The position numbers were made by a program, and so were the translations under genes. Under the pieces are notes generated by a model, which saw only the letters and a program-made list of their open reading frames with translations, was not told the origin of the DNA and ran no database searches. A DNA stretch of 64,000 nucleotides. It comes from an uncultured Spirochaetota bacterium. GTDB taxonomy: Bacteria; Spirochaetota; Spirochaetia; SZUA-6; Fen-1364. This document shows positions 39,987 to 49,671 of the stretch, piece after piece (the stretch's first letter is position 1; the number at the start of each line of letters is the position of its first letter). The DNA is taken from contig CAWJRT010000001.1 of assembly GCA_963845325.1 (NCBI GenBank), positions 192,486-256,485 on the forward strand, in the 5' to 3' direction.

Positions 39987-40490
39987 ATGATCTCCATGGA
40001 GGACGATGGCATGATCCCCAGCGACCATTACGTACGGCTCTACAACGAGCTGTTCAAGATGCTCGGCGAGCGGGGGCGGGAAGACCTCCGGGAGTACTGG
40101 CGCGAGATTTCCCGGCTGCAGAAGACCCTCCTCGGCCCTTTCATCGAAGCCGACGGGCTTCGCGGGATGTATATCTACTGGGAGCACATACGGGTGGAGG
40201 AGAACTGCGAGGCAGACCTCAAGCTCACGGATGACTACTTCGAGTTCAAAATGCTCAAGTGCCCCTCCCTCGCAAAGGCGATGGACAACGATGCCGGCGC
40301 TTACGCGTACTACTGTGACCACTGCTCGGGATGGATTGCCCCGATCATGGAGCAGTACGGCTACCATCTGGCCTACGACATGATCTCCCGCACGGAGCCG
40401 CGGTGCACCATGAGGGTCTACAAGGACCGGGAAAAAGCCGAAGCCTTCCTGAAACAGGCACGGCTGCCGGCCCGGCCGTACGGAGACTGA
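39987..40490 (+). CDS. small conserved hypothetical protein with a Cys cluster (CPS...C-x2-C...C)
   Basis: 167-aa intact ORF. ...FKMLKCPSLAKAM...YYCDHCSGWIAPIMEQYGY...EPRCTMRVYK. Confidence 0.5.
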   Translation: MISMEDDGMIPSDHYVRLYNELFKMLGERGREDLREYWREISRLQKTLLGPFIEADGLRGMYIYWEHIRVEENCEADLKLTDDYFEFKMLKCPSLAKAMDNDAGAYAYYCDHCSGWIAPIMEQYGYHLAYDMISRTEPRCTMRVYKDREKAEAFLKQARLPARPYGD

Positions 40491-40492
40491 AC

Positions 40493-40945
40493 ATGCGCTA
40501 CAGGGACACCGGCAATGTGCACAAGGACTTTCACCTCGCGCTGAACACGTCCATCCAATACGTCCTGGGCAGGTACGGCATGGAGTTTCTCCGCGAGCTC
40601 TTTCGACGCACCGCCCAGGAGGTGTACCGGGAAATCTACCTCTCCTTGAAGCAGGGCGACTGGAAGCCGCTGCTGGAACACTGGACCTATTACTACGATC
40701 GGGAACTGGGGAAGTATGAGGTGACGACCGCCGAGGGCGGGTTCATCTTCCTGGTGCAGGAGTGTCCCGCCGTTCGGCACCTCCGGGAAAGAAACGTCCC
40801 GGTCACACCGGATTTCGCGCTCCAGGAAACGCTCATGAACGAGGCATGGTCTTCCGGAACCCCGTTCGAGATCCGGACCGAGATCCTTGCCGAGGGCTCC
40901 TACCGGATGTCCGTGCTGCCGCGTCCCGGCCGGCCGGAATCCTGA
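40493..40945 (+). CDS. small hypothetical protein, apparent Cys-poor paralog of the preceding ORF
   Basis: ATG 40493 lies 2 nt after the previous stop. ...FIFLVQECPAVRHLRERN... aligns with the CPS segment of the upstream ORF. Confidence 0.45.
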   Translation: MRYRDTGNVHKDFHLALNTSIQYVLGRYGMEFLRELFRRTAQEVYREIYLSLKQGDWKPLLEHWTYYYDRELGKYEVTTAEGGFIFLVQECPAVRHLRERNVPVTPDFALQETLMNEAWSSGTPFEIRTEILAEGSYRMSVLPRPGRPES

Positions 40946-41110
40946 CCCGCCGCGCTTCTTGCGGGAACCGCGGACACGGGAGCGTTCCAACCTTGACAGC
41001 GCGCTTCCGGCTGGATTAGCATGACCTGTCCGCCGAGACAACTCCGTGAGTGCAGAGACTGACCTTGGGAATGCGCCCCGGGGCTGCAAAGGCGCGGACA
41101 AGGAGGTCTG

Positions 41111-42400
41111 ATGAAAACCAGAATACGTTTCGCGGTCGTCCTTGCATGCATTGCGCTGCCGCTCGCGCTTTTCGCGGCTGCAAAGTACGACGGAGTCAAC
41201 CTCACCTTCCTGATCCAGGGAGGCGCCGCGTATGACATCGCCAATGCCTCGGGGAAGACCTACCTGGCCACCATGGCGGACGAGTTCAAGGCCGAGACCG
41301 GAGCTGCCGTCACCATCGTCGGTCAGCCGTGGGAAAACCTCATGCCGAAGATCATGACGGACGTGCAGAGCGGCGCCGGCCAGTTCGACGGCATGCTGTT
41401 CGACATCGAATTCCAGTACACGATTTTTCCCTACCTGTTGAAGATCCAGCCCTTCATAGACAAGGCGAAGTTCGACATGACGGGCTTCGTGGCGCCCGTC
41501 TACAAGTACGGCGAGTGGGCGGGAAAGGGAAACCGCTACGGCATTCCCCTCACCTCTGATGTCATGCCCATCATCTACCGCACTGATCTCGTGAAGTCCG
41601 TGCCCAGTACGTGGGACGCGTTCTACGCGATGCTGGACCAGCTGAAGGCATCCGGCAAGGTGAAATACCCCGTGACCCTCCCGGGCGTGCCCGCGCAGCT
41701 GGTGAAGATGTTCCTCGCGTACTTCTGGTCCACCGGGGATGCGACGATCAGCCCCGACTGGAAGCCCCAGATCAACAACAAGAACGGCAAGTGGGCCATT
41801 GCCCAGCTGGACAAGGTCATCAAGAACTACGCCGCCCCCGGCACGCTGGGGTATGACAACCCGGATGCCGCCAACGAGTTCGTGGCGGGCAACGCCGGCC
41901 TGTACCTGAACTGGCTGGCGTTCATCCTGCCTACACTCATGAACGACGAGAAGAACGGGACGGTGAAGGGCAAGTGGACCCTTGCGAAGTTCCCCTCCGG
42001 TGGTACAGGCAATTTTACCCAGCACAGCTTCATCATCATGAAGAGCAGCAAGAACCCGCAGGCTACCTTCGACTTCATCGCGAAGTGCACGTCGGTGGCG
42101 AACATGAAGCGCGCGGTGCTTGACTTCGGCATCGACGTGTCCCGTGAGAGCGTTCTGAAGGACAAGGGCGTACTCGCGAAGCTCCCGTACGAAGCCGCCT
42201 ACGCGGACGTCCTGAACGCCGGCAAGCCGGTGTTCCCGGGCGTGCCCTACTGGCTGGAGCTCTTCATTGCTCTCGCGGACGGGTTGAGCGAATACTACAG
42301 CGGACAGACCACGGATTCCCAGGTCGCCCTCGATCACATCGCGGCGAAATGGACGAGCATCATCCAGGCCAACCCGCTCAACTTCTCCTACAAAGAGTAG
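41111..42400 (+). CDS. ABC transporter extracellular solute-binding protein (sugar)
   Basis: GGAGG RBS and signal peptide MKTRIRFAVVLACIALPLALFAA. Intact, 429 aa. Confidence 0.85.
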   Translation: MKTRIRFAVVLACIALPLALFAAAKYDGVNLTFLIQGGAAYDIANASGKTYLATMADEFKAETGAAVTIVGQPWENLMPKIMTDVQSGAGQFDGMLFDIEFQYTIFPYLLKIQPFIDKAKFDMTGFVAPVYKYGEWAGKGNRYGIPLTSDVMPIIYRTDLVKSVPSTWDAFYAMLDQLKASGKVKYPVTLPGVPAQLVKMFLAYFWSTGDATISPDWKPQINNKNGKWAIAQLDKVIKNYAAPGTLGYDNPDAANEFVAGNAGLYLNWLAFILPTLMNDEKNGTVKGKWTLAKFPSGGTGNFTQHSFIIMKSSKNPQATFDFIAKCTSVANMKRAVLDFGIDVSRESVLKDKGVLAKLPYEAAYADVLNAGKPVFPGVPYWLELFIALADGLSEYYSGQTTDSQVALDHIAAKWTSIIQANPLNFSYKE

Positions 42401-42472
42401 GCTTTTCACACGGGGCGGGTACCGCGTCGGTGCCCGCCTCCTCATTCACGATCACCTCCAGGGAGAACCACA

Positions 42473-43366
42473 GTGCAAACGGGCCTCACGTACAGGCAAC
42501 AGGAAAAGAGGGGGGTGCTGCTGTTCCTCACCCCCGCCGTGGTCGTCCTGCTGGTCACCTCGGTGTTCCCGCTCGTCTACTCCCTGGTGCTGAGCCTGTT
42601 CCAGTGGAACATGCTCATGCCCCTCTCGGTCCCGAAATTCACGGGCCTCGCCAACTACGCCCGTGCCTTCCAGGACCACGAGTTCACCGGCTCCCTGCTG
42701 AGGACTGTGCTGTACGTCCTGATCGCGGTGCCGACGGAGTTCGTCGCGGGGCTTGCCATCGCGCTGCTCGTTACCGCGCGGCTCCGCGGCCTGCCCGCGT
42801 TCCGCGTGGCGCTGCTCATGCCGCTCATGATGACCCCCGTCGTGGTCGGCGTGCTCTGGAGGTTCCTGCTCAACCCCGAGTACGGCGTGGTGGACTTCGT
42901 CCTGCAGGCATTCGGCGGCCACGCCGTCACGTGGCTCGCAAAACGGGGCACTGCCTTCGCCTCCATCCTGATCGTGGAGATCTGGCAGCAGCTCCCCGTG
43001 GTGATCTTCATCCTCGCGGCGGGCATCAGCAGCCTTCCGGACAGCATCTTCGAGGCGGCGGACATCGACGGCGCCACCCGCTGGCAGAGATTTCGCCTCC
43101 TGACCTTGCCGCTCCTGCGGCCGGTCATCGCCGTGGTGCTTCTCCTCCGGATCATGGACTGTTTCAAGATCTTCGACGCCCTCTACACCCTCACCTACGG
43201 CGGGCCGGGGTCTTCCACGGAGCTGATCTCCCTGTTCATCTACAAGCAGGGCCTCAAGTTCTTCCAGATCGGCCGCGCCACGTCGATGTCATGGCTCTTC
43301 CTGGTGGTCGTCTTCGTGATCAGCATCTTCTTCATGCGCCAGGTCTGGAAAGAGCAGTCGTACTGA
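42473..43366 (+). CDS. carbohydrate ABC transporter permease
   Basis: 297-aa intact ORF with EAA loop EAADIDGATRWQRFRLLTLPLLRP. Confidence 0.85.
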   Translation: MQTGLTYRQQEKRGVLLFLTPAVVVLLVTSVFPLVYSLVLSLFQWNMLMPLSVPKFTGLANYARAFQDHEFTGSLLRTVLYVLIAVPTEFVAGLAIALLVTARLRGLPAFRVALLMPLMMTPVVVGVLWRFLLNPEYGVVDFVLQAFGGHAVTWLAKRGTAFASILIVEIWQQLPVVIFILAAGISSLPDSIFEAADIDGATRWQRFRLLTLPLLRPVIAVVLLLRIMDCFKIFDALYTLTYGGPGSSTELISLFIYKQGLKFFQIGRATSMSWLFLVVVFVISIFFMRQVWKEQSY

Positions 43367-43377
43367 TGGAGGCGCGC

Positions 43378-44238
43378 ATGAACAGGTCGCAGTCGTCCTC
43401 GGCCCGGGCGTGGAGAATCACCGGCAGGAGCATCGCGTACATCCTCCTGATCGCGCTGTGCGTGGTGATGATCTTCCCGGTGTACTGGCTGGTGGCCACC
43501 GCCGTGAAGGCCGGCAACGACATCATAGCCACCCCTCCCATCTTCATTCCCTTCCGGGTGACGGCGGACAACTTCTCCAACGTCTTCGTCAAGCAGGGGA
43601 TCGGCCTGAACCTGTTCAACAGCGTGGTGGTGACCGCGCTCTCCGTCTTCTTTCTGATCCTCATCGGCTCCATGGCCGCCTACGCCCTGTCGAAGCCCGT
43701 TCTCCACCGGCGCACGACGAAGGGGATCCTGATCTGGATCCTGATCACCCGCATCTTCCCGCCGGTGACAACGGTGATCCCCTATTTCATGATCATCAAG
43801 TTCATCGGGCTCATCGACACGCGCGCGTCCCTGATCCTCACGTACGTTTCCTACGGGCTGCCGTTCGCCATCTGGCTCATGCTGGGGTTTTTCCAGGAGC
43901 TTCCAAAGGAGATCGAGGAAGCCGCGCTCGTGGAGGGGTACACGCTGTCCCAGCGCTTCTTCTACATCCTCCTCCCCCTGACGCTGCCGGGGATCGCGGT
44001 GACGGCGATCTTCATGTTCATCTACTCGTGGAACGAGTTCATGTTCGCCACCACTCTCACCACGCTCCGGGCAAAGACCCTGCCGGTGGTGATCTCCACG
44101 TTCATGTCGGACAAGTACCTGGACTGGGGCTCCATGGCCACCATGGGCACCCTCATGATCGTGCCGATCATCCTCTTCTCTCTGTTCAGCCAGAAGTACC
44201 TGGTCCGCGGTCTCACGTTCGGAGCCGTGAAGGGCTGA
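43378..44238 (+). CDS. carbohydrate ABC transporter permease
   Basis: MNRSQSS...IFPVYWLVATAVK...EEAALVEGYTLSQRFFYILLPLTLPG. ATG 43378 follows GGAGG (alternative start 43366). Confidence 0.85.
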   Translation: MNRSQSSSARAWRITGRSIAYILLIALCVVMIFPVYWLVATAVKAGNDIIATPPIFIPFRVTADNFSNVFVKQGIGLNLFNSVVVTALSVFFLILIGSMAAYALSKPVLHRRTTKGILIWILITRIFPPVTTVIPYFMIIKFIGLIDTRASLILTYVSYGLPFAIWLMLGFFQELPKEIEEAALVEGYTLSQRFFYILLPLTLPGIAVTAIFMFIYSWNEFMFATTLTTLRAKTLPVVISTFMSDKYLDWGSMATMGTLMIVPIILFSLFSQKYLVRGLTFGAVKG

Positions 44239-44265
44239 TGGGGACGGACGCCGGTCCCGGTAGCT

Positions 44266-45421
44266 TCAGAGGCTCCCGAAGAGGAGCTCACCGGACACGA
44301 AGGTCGCCACGAGCCTCAAGGCATTGTCCAGCAGGATGATGTCCGCATCCATGTCCGTCGCGAGGAGCCCCTTCCGCAGGCGGAGAAGCCGGCCGGCGTT
44401 GCGGGAGCACAGCGCGGATGCCTCGCGGATGGACCTGCCGAAAAGGTTCACCGCGTTGCGGAAGCTTTGCAGGTGCGTCAGGCAGGAGCCTGAGAGCGCG
44501 CCGTCGGTGACCCTCCTCATGCCGCGGTCAGGCGTCACGGCGATTTTTTCATTATCGGCAAGTCCATCGTACACGCCGGGGGGGTTCCCCGAGCCCCGGA
44601 GACTGTCCGTCACGAATACTACCCTCTCCAGGCCCTTGCAGCGCAACGTCTTCTCGACCAGGAAGGGATGGACGTGCACGCCGTCCGGGACGATCTCCAC
44701 CGTGACCCGGTCCTCGATCTGCAGGTAGTCGGTCAGGCCCGCCGGATAGACGCCGGGGTCTGTCTCCACGGCAGAGTCGAAAGTGTCATACAGATGGGTG
44801 ACCAGGGAAAGGCCCGCGTCGATTGCCCGGCGGGCCTGCTCCACCGAGGCCCGCGTATGGGCCAGGCTCACGACGATTCCCCTGCCCGGCCGCCCAGCGG
44901 ATGAACGGGAGGGCGCCGGGGAGCTCCGGTGAGACGTCCCAGACCGGGATCCTGCCCCTGGCGGCCTCGTACAGGCCGGCGGTCACGCCCTGCTCGATGC
45001 CGCTCAGAGACCCGGCCGAACCTGCACCGGTCTTGGCAACGTACATGATTTCCGGGCGGAAGCCGAGGATGTTCGGCGTACGCGCGAGGTCGTCGGTTTC
45101 CTTCATCCCTTCGATGATGCGTCGGCGGTTCATCTCCGGAGAGCCATACAGGGTGGGCACACAGCAGGTCACACCCTGCTCGAGCTGGAGCCGGGAGTAC
45201 TCAAGGAGCGAACCGTCCTGGACCGATTCGGATTTCAGGCCATGGGTGTGAAGGTCGACAAGACCGGGCAGCGCGAAAAGTCCCTCCGCATCGAAGACGT
45301 TCTCTGCCGCCCCGGCGTCGAGGCGCGGTCCGATCTCGATGATTCTCCCCTGGTCCACGCGAACGTCCGTCCCGGGCCGCAGGTCGTCGACGTGGAGGAC
45401 AGTCGCGCCGCGGATGATCAT
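44266..45421 (-). pseudogene. amidohydrolase, N-acetylglucosamine-6-phosphate deacetylase-like, frameshift near 44885
   Basis: ORF 44786..45421 (MIIRGATVLHVDD...LPGLVDLHTHG...) joins ORF 44266..44871 (GIVVSLAHTRAS...VTHLYD...VTDSLRGSG...). Confidence 0.7.
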
Positions 45422-46353
45422 CAGTAGGCGAAATCCCAGTGCGGCTCGATGTTCGCCGCGGCGTTCTCAGAGACGATCACATCCGTGGGCAGCTCCTGCA
45501 GCAGGGATTCCGGCACGCGGGGCGTCACCGGACCATGGAGGATCAGCCGGGTTACGAAGCGCTGCCAGGAAACCGCCGTTCCCGCAACGGCGAGCGCGTG
45601 CTGCTGCATCCGGTACTTTGCGCCGATTACTTCCGCAGGCCCGATCGTGGCCGCCCGGGGCGGAACGAGCGCAAGGTCGCCGCTCATGCCGAAGCTCCCG
45701 TGCAGCGAGTTCTGTGCGATGGTAAAGGGGCTCAGCGTGACAACGCGGGGCCCCATCTTTTTCCATTCCGCGAGGTCCGCATTGAACTCGGGGGCGTCCG
45801 GCTCGATGAAGGCCAGGTGTCCCGTCCAGCCGGGACCGCTGTAGCAGGCGTCCGCCCCGCCGAGGTCCGCCATCATTTTCCCGTAGTCCTTGATGTTCTC
45901 ATTCGTCGGGCCATGGATCTGACGTTCCGCCGGACGGAGGGAAGGATCGAGGTTCTTGTAGAAATAGCTCTTGAACGATCGCATGAAGCCCTGGGGAAAG
46001 GATTCCGGGGCGATCGTGCCGTCGTCATTGGCGTACTCGTCCATGATGAAGACGTGGAGATGCCTGCAGTCGATCCGCAGCTTGTTGAGAATATGCGCCA
46101 ACTTCATGTAGCCGTGATTCGGATTGGGAAGGATCAAGACACAGTGTCTGTGCTCTTCTGCTGCCTTCATGATGCGGAAGAGCATGTCGGCAATGAAAAT
46201 AAACTCCACCTGGTCGTTGGGTACGACCTGGATTTTAAACTCAGGATTCGGGTGCCTTTCGATCTCGTCTCGCGTGATTCGCCGAACTCGATCCAGCACA
46301 TCCACATCACGGAAAGGGACCCATTTGGATGGGCTGTATGAGAACTCCTTCAT
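45421..46353 (-). CDS. glucosamine-6-phosphate deaminase/6-phosphogluconolactonase superfamily protein
   Basis: MKEFSYSP...CVLILPNPNHGY...LHVFIMDEYANDDG...GWTGHLAFIEP. Its stop overlaps the NagA-like start. Confidence 0.65.
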   Translation of the reverse strand: MKEFSYSPSKWVPFRDVDVLDRVRRITRDEIERHPNPEFKIQVVPNDQVEFIFIADMLFRIMKAAEEHRHCVLILPNPNHGYMKLAHILNKLRIDCRHLHVFIMDEYANDDGTIAPESFPQGFMRSFKSYFYKNLDPSLRPAERQIHGPTNENIKDYGKMMADLGGADACYSGPGWTGHLAFIEPDAPEFNADLAEWKKMGPRVVTLSPFTIAQNSLHGSFGMSGDLALVPPRAATIGPAEVIGAKYRMQQHALAVAGTAVSWQRFVTRLILHGPVTPRVPESLLQELPTDVIVSENAAANIEPHWDFAY

Positions 46354-46467
46354 CGTGTCTCCTCCCCTGGCAGCCCCGGTCACAGGATAGGGCCGGGTTC
46401 TGCCTGCTCAGCTGCTTCAAATTAGCTCACCACGAGCGCGCGGACCTCCCTGGTGCCGGCGCTGGTA

Positions 46468-46755
46468 TCATGACTTCCGGAAGGTGTGTTCGGCAAGAGC
46501 AGACATCGACTCAATCCTCTTGTTGATCATTTCTCTAAAGCATTCTGGAAGGTGGTCCTGATGACCGCGATGAATGACAACACAATCAGAGCAAATACCG
46601 TGATGGCGGCATTCCGTTCGGCAGCTGCAATGGTCGATGCCCGAGCTTTTCACATCCGCGAGGAACTGATTCTGCAGCTGGTTGGCCTTGTTCGTTTCTC
46701 CCTTCCTGAAGAAATCCATCGCCTTTATTTCCTGAGCATTATTGTCGATTACCAT
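46468..46755 (-). CDS. small Cys/His-rich putative metal-binding protein
   Basis: 95-aa intact ORF in a lower-GC patch. DHCSCRTECRHHGICSDCVVIHRGHQDHLPEC. Confidence 0.5.
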   Translation of the reverse strand: MVIDNNAQEIKAMDFFRKGETNKANQLQNQFLADVKSSGIDHCSCRTECRHHGICSDCVVIHRGHQDHLPECFREMINKRIESMSALAEHTFRKS

Positions 46756-46914
46756 CCGATCCTCCCGATCTGTTCTGCCGAGCTTTCGACGACGGCAGGA
46801 CCCCGTTCCTCGTCAACTCCACTGCATAGTTTCGTAAATTCCTGCAGGAGGCGTCAGGCTATCAGAAAGCCGTTGCCCGGGCAACAGAACAAACAGGAGA
46901 CCAGGCGAGGGCCA

Positions 46915-47031
46915 ATCTCTCACCGCTTTTTGGGCCATGAGACCGAGATCGCGGCCGACATGCCCTTCCTTTGCTCCGAGCATGCGGCCACGATCAACGG
47001 CGTCCGCTTGCCCCTCACGGGCAGGGGCTGA
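46915..47031 (+). pseudogene. possible 3' remnant of a short-chain dehydrogenase/reductase gene
   Basis: ISHRFLGHETEIAADMPFLCSEHAATINGVRLPLTGRG-stop resembles the SDR C-terminal pattern (R.G.peEiA..v.FL.S..a..itG..l.vdGG). Nothing SDR-like lies upstream. Confidence 0.3.
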
Positions 47032-47049
47032 GCGGAAAAGAGTTCTCGG

Positions 47050-48768
47050 CTACTGGAGCGCCGTGCTGTAGAAATAGAAGTCGTGGATCAGACCGTTGAA
47101 CCAGTACCAGGAGATGTTCGCGGCCGAGTTCGCGTCCGGCATGTATGCCCTCTGCGGGAAGCTGGTGCCGATCTGGTTATAGAACATGCTCAGGTTGTTG
47201 ACAGTCCCGGTCCCGGTGCCGACGACCGCCCCGTCGAGGAGGAGTCGTATCGAGTTCGGCTGCACGGAAAAGTACACGGTGTGCCAGTTGCCGTCGTTGA
47301 CCGTGCTCGAGGAAATTACTTCGATCGACGCCGAGCCGTTCCATAACGATCCATACAACTTGCCGTCGGACCGTATCACGATCATCGGTATGAACTGATC
47401 GATCGTCGGAATAGTGCTTCCGACTGGTGCGTTCTGGTATCCAAAAAGGCTGCCGTAGTTGCCCGGGTTTGCTTTGAAGTTCATCATAATCGTGAAGGAG
47501 GTATGATTCGAGACCGTGTTGTTCGGCAGCGTAATATAGCTCGACGAGCCGTTGAAAGATGCTGCATACCCTCCGCTGCCGTCAGAGACGTATGAGATGT
47601 TGCTCGCCGTGCCATTGATGTTGTTCCCGGAGGTGTCGTTGCAGTTCTGACTGCCAAAGTCATAGTGGATGAGCAGTGAACTGGATGCCGTCCAGACCGC
47701 GTACAACGCCACGTCGGAGCTGCCCATCGTCATGCTTTGCTTGTCGTTGTAGACAACTCCGCCCGTGGGAGATGTCGCCCACCCGGCAAAGATATGGCCG
47801 GCCCACGTAAACGCGTTCGCGTTCAGGTTGGCTGCCGATCCTTCCGCCACGACCTGCGCGGCCGTTGTGCCGGTTCCGCCGTTGGCGTTGAAGGTGATGT
47901 TGTGGGTCGGGACGTTCGACACCGTGACGGCACAGGTCGCCGCATGCGCCCCATCCACGGTGGTGACCGTGACTGTTGCCGAACCCGCCGCCACCGCGGT
48001 GATCAGGCCTCCGCTGACGGTCGCTTTGGACCCATCGCTGCTCGACCAGGTCACGCTCTTGTTCGTCGCATCCGCGGGAGCAACCGTTGCGGTGAGCTGC
48101 TCGGTGCCTCCGACGGTGATCGTGGTGCTCGATTTGTTGAGCGATACGCCGCTCACGTGGACCGGGTCGACTGTGACAGAGCAGGTCGCCGTGTGCGCGC
48201 CATCCACGGTGGTGACCGTGATCGTTGCGCTTCCGACCGCGACAGCTGTCACGAGTCCTCCCACGACGGTCGCCTTTGTCACATCGCCGCTCGACCAGGT
48301 GACATTCTGGTTGGTCGCATTGGCGGGGATAAAGGTCGGTGTGAGCTGTTCGGTTCCCCCGACGGTGATCGTCGTGGTGCTTTTGTTCAGGGAGACGCCG
48401 GTGGCAGGGACAACGACCGCAGACACCGCCACCGTGCACGTTGCCGTGAACGAGCCGTCCGTTGTTGTCGCGGTGATCGTCGCGCTTCCCGCCGCCGTCG
48501 CCGTCAGGAGCCCGCTCGCGCTCACCGAGGCTTTCGTGCCGTCATCGCTCGACCAGGTGGCGGCCTTGTTCGTTGCGTCTGCAGGAGCCACGGTTGCTGT
48601 GAGCTGCTCGGTGCCGCCCACCACCATGGTCGTTGTGCTCTTGTTCAGAGTAACCCCGGTTGCCGCGATCGGGCCGGATTGCTGGGAACCGCCGCCGGGA
48701 GCCGGGCACCCTGCGAGCGCGAGCGCAGCGATCGCCACGAGAACGCTGAGCATTGTGAAACGCTTCAT
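47050..48768 (-). CDS. secreted protein: 3 x Big_2 Ig-like domains, Listeria-Bacteroides-type repeat, C-terminal LamG domain
   Basis: Signal/lipobox MKRFTMLSVLVAIAALALAGC. Three copies of VSLNKSTTTITVGGTEQLT...ATNK.VTWSS.D..KATV. Then ITFNANGGTG...FAGWATSP, and C-terminal ...FNGLIHDFYFYSTALQ. Confidence 0.8.
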   Translation of the reverse strand: MKRFTMLSVLVAIAALALAGCPAPGGGSQQSGPIAATGVTLNKSTTTMVVGGTEQLTATVAPADATNKAATWSSDDGTKASVSASGLLTATAAGSATITATTTDGSFTATCTVAVSAVVVPATGVSLNKSTTTITVGGTEQLTPTFIPANATNQNVTWSSGDVTKATVVGGLVTAVAVGSATITVTTVDGAHTATCSVTVDPVHVSGVSLNKSSTTITVGGTEQLTATVAPADATNKSVTWSSSDGSKATVSGGLITAVAAGSATVTVTTVDGAHAATCAVTVSNVPTHNITFNANGGTGTTAAQVVAEGSAANLNANAFTWAGHIFAGWATSPTGGVVYNDKQSMTMGSSDVALYAVWTASSSLLIHYDFGSQNCNDTSGNNINGTASNISYVSDGSGGYAASFNGSSSYITLPNNTVSNHTSFTIMMNFKANPGNYGSLFGYQNAPVGSTIPTIDQFIPMIVIRSDGKLYGSLWNGSASIEVISSSTVNDGNWHTVYFSVQPNSIRLLLDGAVVGTGTGTVNNLSMFYNQIGTSFPQRAYMPDANSAANISWYWFNGLIHDFYFYSTALQ

Positions 48769-49671
48769 GATAACCTCCCTCTGGGACCTGTTGGATGACG
48801 GACCCTGTTTGCCGCTTACGCCTTTCGCTCGTGGCGCGTAGGATGGTCAGCAACATTTTGTGAGTCTCTTGATCTTCGCTCTAATGCGTCGAGATAGATG
48901 TCAGACAGCCACAGATTCTTCTGTAAGTCTTGTCCTACAAAAGTGAGGCAGCAAATCCGTCCTTTTCATCAAAGAAGACGGGGGCTTTGACTTCGTTGCG
49001 ACGTTTGCCTGCGTTGCAGCGTATTCAGGGAGTCTGCCCTGCGCGTGTTCGTGGGCTGCTGGTCGAGAAAGCGGCTTGCGGATCGCACGCTTTCCAGGTG
49101 CCGCGAAATGGATTGCGGACATCGGCAAAGCGTTTCCCCAGATGCGTAAAAAGCGAGCTGCAGGCGGTGACAATGGATTGCACACTCTTCGTGGTGCGCG
49201 GCTGCACTCTTCCGGATGAACTCAAGAGCAAGCCCGGGCGCAAGCGATCCAGCCAACTCTCGAGGATCCGAAGCGCCCCGCTGCAGGCACTCCGCGTGTG
49301 AGAAGTCAGCTTGACGGCAATGAAGAACTTCCGCTCGGCCTCATAGTCCAAGCTTGCTGCGTCAACGTTGTGTCCCCCTGATCACGTGCACCCTGAGGGG
49401 AGAACAGGGCGGGCTGAAGGGCCCGCTCCGTCCCGCGGCTATGTGCTCGACGCAAGCCTGCCGGACTACCGGCGGCCCTATTTCACAGCTTGCAGTGCGT
49501 CGATATCCTCCGGATACATGAGTGCGTCGCGGCCCGCTCCTCCGTGCGGATGCGGGCAACGTCCTCTACGGGCTGAAGATGACCAGCGTGAAGCGGCCGG
49601 TTCATATGCCTACCAACATGTGGGAAGTGGCCTATTCACTACAAATATGTGTCATTTGCGGCGACGCGGCT

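Noticed and set aside
40418-42445. Very long antisense ORFs (675 aa here; also 51500..52954, 55730..56956, 25263..26798 and 27643..29433)
   Set aside because: Their translations are Arg/Gly/Pro/His-rich and low-complexity, with no recognisable motifs. Each lies opposite a well-supported gene. Stop-poor antisense frames are typical of high-GC DNA.
48901-49351. Possible degraded IS-family transposase (for example LDYEAERKFFIAVKLTSHTR... on the minus strand)
   Set aside because: The resemblance to DDE transposase segments is vague and spread over three frames. There is no catalytic motif and no terminal inverted repeats. I cannot support it without a database search.
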